A DNA stretch of 63,824 nucleotides, filler included, from Reclinomonas americana ATCC 50394 (lineage: Eukaryota), in assembly GCA_048213135.1 (NCBI GenBank). It is 5 parts of 5 records of this genome, joined end to end, with 100 filler letters (N's around TTAATTAATTAA, not from the genome) between each part and the next. Parts side by side here need not be neighbours in the genome. Positions count along the whole stretch, not along the records: positions 58,778 to 63,824 come from PS015436.1; 4 more parts are not named here. One strand, given 5' to 3'. The position numbers and the translations under genes are program-made. The notes below the pieces were generated by a model. The model was not told the origin of the DNA, did not search any database, and was given only the letters and a program-made list of their open reading frames with translations. This document shows positions 60,904-63,824 of the stretch, one piece after another. Position 1 is the stretch's first letter; each line of letters begins with the position of its first letter.

Positions 60904-61623
60904 CTAGCGGCAGTTATCACAGCACCCACAGGCCGTCGGACAATTCTCGCCCCACGTGAACATGGAATAGGTGAATAACATCAACGAACACACCAGCACG
61001 AATTTCGAAACCATCAAGGAAAAATATGCGCCAGCAATGTTCAGCTGGGCGGCCACTGGTGACGAGCTTACATGACCAGCCCAGTCGCACTCTCTGGCGC
61101 TACCCAAAGCCGAGACAGCCATGCCTCCGGCAGCCATCGTCAAGCAGGACGAGACAATCGTCACGCCATGAAAGTACCCGACTTTGGCCACAACCCGGCC
61201 CGAGGAGATCAAATCGACAATCGACAAGAAGGCTGAGACCAATGACATTGAGGCACCAGCCCACATCAAGCTCTTGAAGGTGGCGGGAGGATTCGCGCAG
61301 GTGCAGCTGATGTTGCTGCAGATACACGGTTTCGGGCTGCAGTCGCAACAGGTGCCGATTTCACACAACTTTCGGCAAGCTTCGTCCGGTGGGTAGCCTG
61401 AGAAGAGACGAAACGCGAGGAACTGTGCACGGTCATGCACTGGTTGAGATGACATGTACAAACGCACGCACGCACGCGGAGAAACACGTTGCGGTGAGAC
61501 GCCGCTGCGCATGCTGCGTACGTGAGAATGCGCAGCACTCACCGCCGAGTACACCGCCCACACGAAGGAGATGATGGCAAAAATCAGTCGGAGGGCCGTC
61601 GCCACTTTGGAATCGCTGCCCAT
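60904..61623 (-). CDS. Four-TM membrane protein with a Cys-rich loop and Cys-rich tail
   Basis: MGSDSKVATALRLIFAIISFVWAVYSA | one intron | four hydrophobic stretches in total; CRKLCEIGTCCDCSPKPCICSNISCTC loop; C-terminal CPTACGCCDNCR*. Confidence 0.7.
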   Translation of the reverse strand: MGSDSKVATALRLIFAIISFVWAVYSAVSAAHSHVRSMRSGVSPQRVSPRACVRLYMSSQPVHDRAQFLAFRLFSGYPPDEACRKLCEIGTCCDCSPKPCICSNISCTCANPPATFKSLMWAGASMSLVSAFLSIVDLISSGRVVAKVGYFHGVTIVSSCLTMAAGGMAVSALGSARECDWAGHVSSSPVAAQLNIAGAYFSLMVSKFVLVCSLMLFTYSMFTWGENCPTACGCCDNCR

Positions 61624-62433
61624 GATCAAAAGGGTGCCTGCCACCAAGTGCTGTTGCCTCGGCGCGCGACCGGCTAGAAAAATTATAATTAGTGCAATCG
61701 GACGTCGATCGGGTGCGCGCCAACGCTCGCTGTGGCGGACAACAAGCTGCGCTTGGAGAGGGCCCAAGGGACACAGGGTAGTCTGTACAATAGACCGTTC
61801 CTGTGCGGCGTAGCAGCAGCTGCTGGCTGGTTTTCCTCGACATTTATGCGTTTGCCGGATTCTGCCGGATTTCATTATTCCGCCTAGTCCACAACATCCT
61901 CTACCGCCGGTCAAATGTCAGACGTGACACGTTGCAGCCATCTCCCCCGCAGCGACAGCCAGCACATGCTCGCCCGTCGCCAACGCTCCCCGTGTGAAAT
62001 CGATCGCCATTGTCAACGGCCAAGGGCCATCTCGTTACATCCGGCGAGGGAAGGGACTGTGTAAACCACGCCACACGCACATGCACCGTGTTTTCGTGTG
62101 CTGCGTACTACGCTCCCGCTCGCCTCCTCCTCCTCCCCCACACCCAGTTTCGGAAAGATCTGCAACATATTGACGATTTACGATAGTTTTCTTGCAAGAC
62201 ACAGGGGAGGGGAACGAGAAGAACGCAATACACACACACACACAGACAGACAAGAGGCGCGGACAGACGCAGAGCGCCAAGCAAAAAAAGACGACGACGG
62301 AAGGGTGCAGGAAAGGACTTCAAAAATTTCCGATACGGGTCTTTGCCAGTGTTGTGCGTGTGTGTGTGTAGAGAGAGACAAGGGAGAGGAGCAAAACTGT
62401 GAACGAATACGGAGGACGGTACACACAAAAGCG

Positions 62434-62473
62434 AGGTAGGTAGGTAGGTAGGTAGGTTGGTGGGTAGGTAGGT
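62434..62473. repeat. (AGGT)n tetranucleotide microsatellite
   Basis: Directly visible imperfect tandem array. Confidence 0.85.
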
Positions 62474-62671
62474 GTTGTTGTTCTTGACGATTGTCGACGG
62501 CCTAGCCGCCCAACCGCGACGCAGTGGGGGGAGAAAGAGATTATGGAAACATTCGCGAGGCGGGTGGGGCGGCGGCCGGACGGGGGACAGCGTATGGTGT
62601 AGGATGGGGGAAGTAGACATGAGGGGTTGTGGGGACCAACTCGGCGGCGGTGGAGCGATGCGTGGAGGCAA

Positions 62672-63824
62672 TTAGCAGCGGCCTGTCAAGGCACGAGCAA
62701 GCGCATCGCTCAACGACGACCAAGAGGTTCGAAACCGATCCAGGCCACCTGCAGCGAGACAACACAGTGAGGAGATGGACGCACAGAAGTGGAGCATATG
62801 ATGGGGAAAACGCACCGAGTGGCCGAGACCAGAGTTGCCGACTCCCCACTTGTGGCAGAACCGGAAACTTATGGCGGACGAATTCTCATTGATGAGCCGT
62901 ACCACCGGCAAGTCGGCAATGGGAGCCGGCTGCGCCGCCGCGTCTGGCAACACAAACACCACATACTGTGGCGTTGTGCTAAAATTGCCAGCCGAGGTGT
63001 CTACGATTCCGCAAAACTCTCCGTCGGGCGTCGTACCGCGTGGGTTGAACGGTGACACGCCAGTGCGAATCCGATACGCCTCCGACGGCTCCGTTACTGC
63101 ACACACACACGCACAACAACGACTGAGCCCCGCAGTGTCTACGCATGCCCATGGCGGAGTGGCACACACAAACCTCCAAACAAGAGATTCATAATGCTGC
63201 TGTGCAGCTGTGACGTGTCCTTCAATGCGGCTGCACGAGCGTGTCAGCAACATGACAAGACATCCCCGCAAATGGGTGGGAACTCACCAAGCTGTCGCTC
63301 CACCGCCGACAATTGGCCCTTGGCAGTCTGCATCGCGGTGGCCAATGCCTCCCGGTTGGCGGCATCTGCAAATGGACGAACAAACGGTGCGAACCAATAA
63401 GGATAACCACTTGGGACGATCGTGGCACTCGAGACACATACAACAACAATCAACGCACCGACTTGGGACACACTCTGCTGATGCGTCGTCTGCAACTGGT
63501 GAATCGTGTTCCTCAACACCGCTGCACACACACACAAGAAAGAATCGATCATTTTCAGTCAAAAACCGTTTTGCGCGTGCCCGCCCCCAACACGACTCAC
63601 CAATCTGCTCGTCGGCGTCCTTGGCTCCCATGTAGAGCACCAGCAGCAGCGCCGTGTTGACCATAATGACCAGCCCAAGCACCGCCAACGACGTCATCGT
63701 AGAGCACATGGCGCGTGTGGCCTTCTTCGACTTGGACGAGGGCGTGCTCGGCGGCGACGCCATCATCATCGCCGCCGCCTGCTGCTGCTGCAACTGCTGC
63801 TGCTGTAGCTGCTGTTGTTGCTGT
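62672..63824 (-). CDS. 3' part of a type II single-pass membrane protein
   Basis: PolyQ, a basic patch, TM LAVLGLVIMVNTALLLVLY, then several GT-AG-linked exons ending ...ARALTGRC*. The start is beyond the window. Confidence 0.55.

Noticed and set aside
1..63824. Alternative genetic code or stop-codon reassignment
   Set aside because: In the conserved genes I traced, all stops fall in introns or at gene ends. TAA, TAG and TGA are all used as terminators.
1..63824. CRISPR arrays, tRNA/rRNA genes, transposases
   Set aside because: None recognised by eye; the repeats are simple microsatellites. Small ncRNAs cannot be excluded without a covariance-model search.

Overview
Intron-rich nuclear DNA of a microbial eukaryote, probably flagellated (it carries AK9 and a CCDC81-like gene). 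It is GC-rich, with mostly ~55-100 nt GT-AG introns and many CA/GA/CAG microsatellites. The window is a gapped draft. Four 100-nt spacers containing TTAATTAATTAA join five pieces whose adjacency is not evidence of linkage, and two small contigs (5051-7187 and 44388-44842) look inverted. Hand-spliced genes I recognise: a SMPD3-type neutral sphingomyelinase (split across strands), TRM1, RAD54B-like, AK9, a WD40 protein, CCDC81-like, SNIP1/Pml1, a GAF (fRMsr-like) protein, an RluA-family pseudouridine synthase and the 5' part of RPC1, plus several hypotheticals. Three things stand out. (1) An abundant class of +1-shifted 5' splice sites (GTTGCGT/GTTGAGT/GTTTCGT), used only where the exon does not end in G. 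(2) A Macro + GB1/RHD3(VLIG-like) GTPase + DH-PH fusion gene. (3) A giant coiled-coil + >=6 ubiquitin-like + VIT + VWA gene whose UBL units are built from duplicated exon modules. All gene models and family calls come from manual splicing and motif recall, not from database searches.
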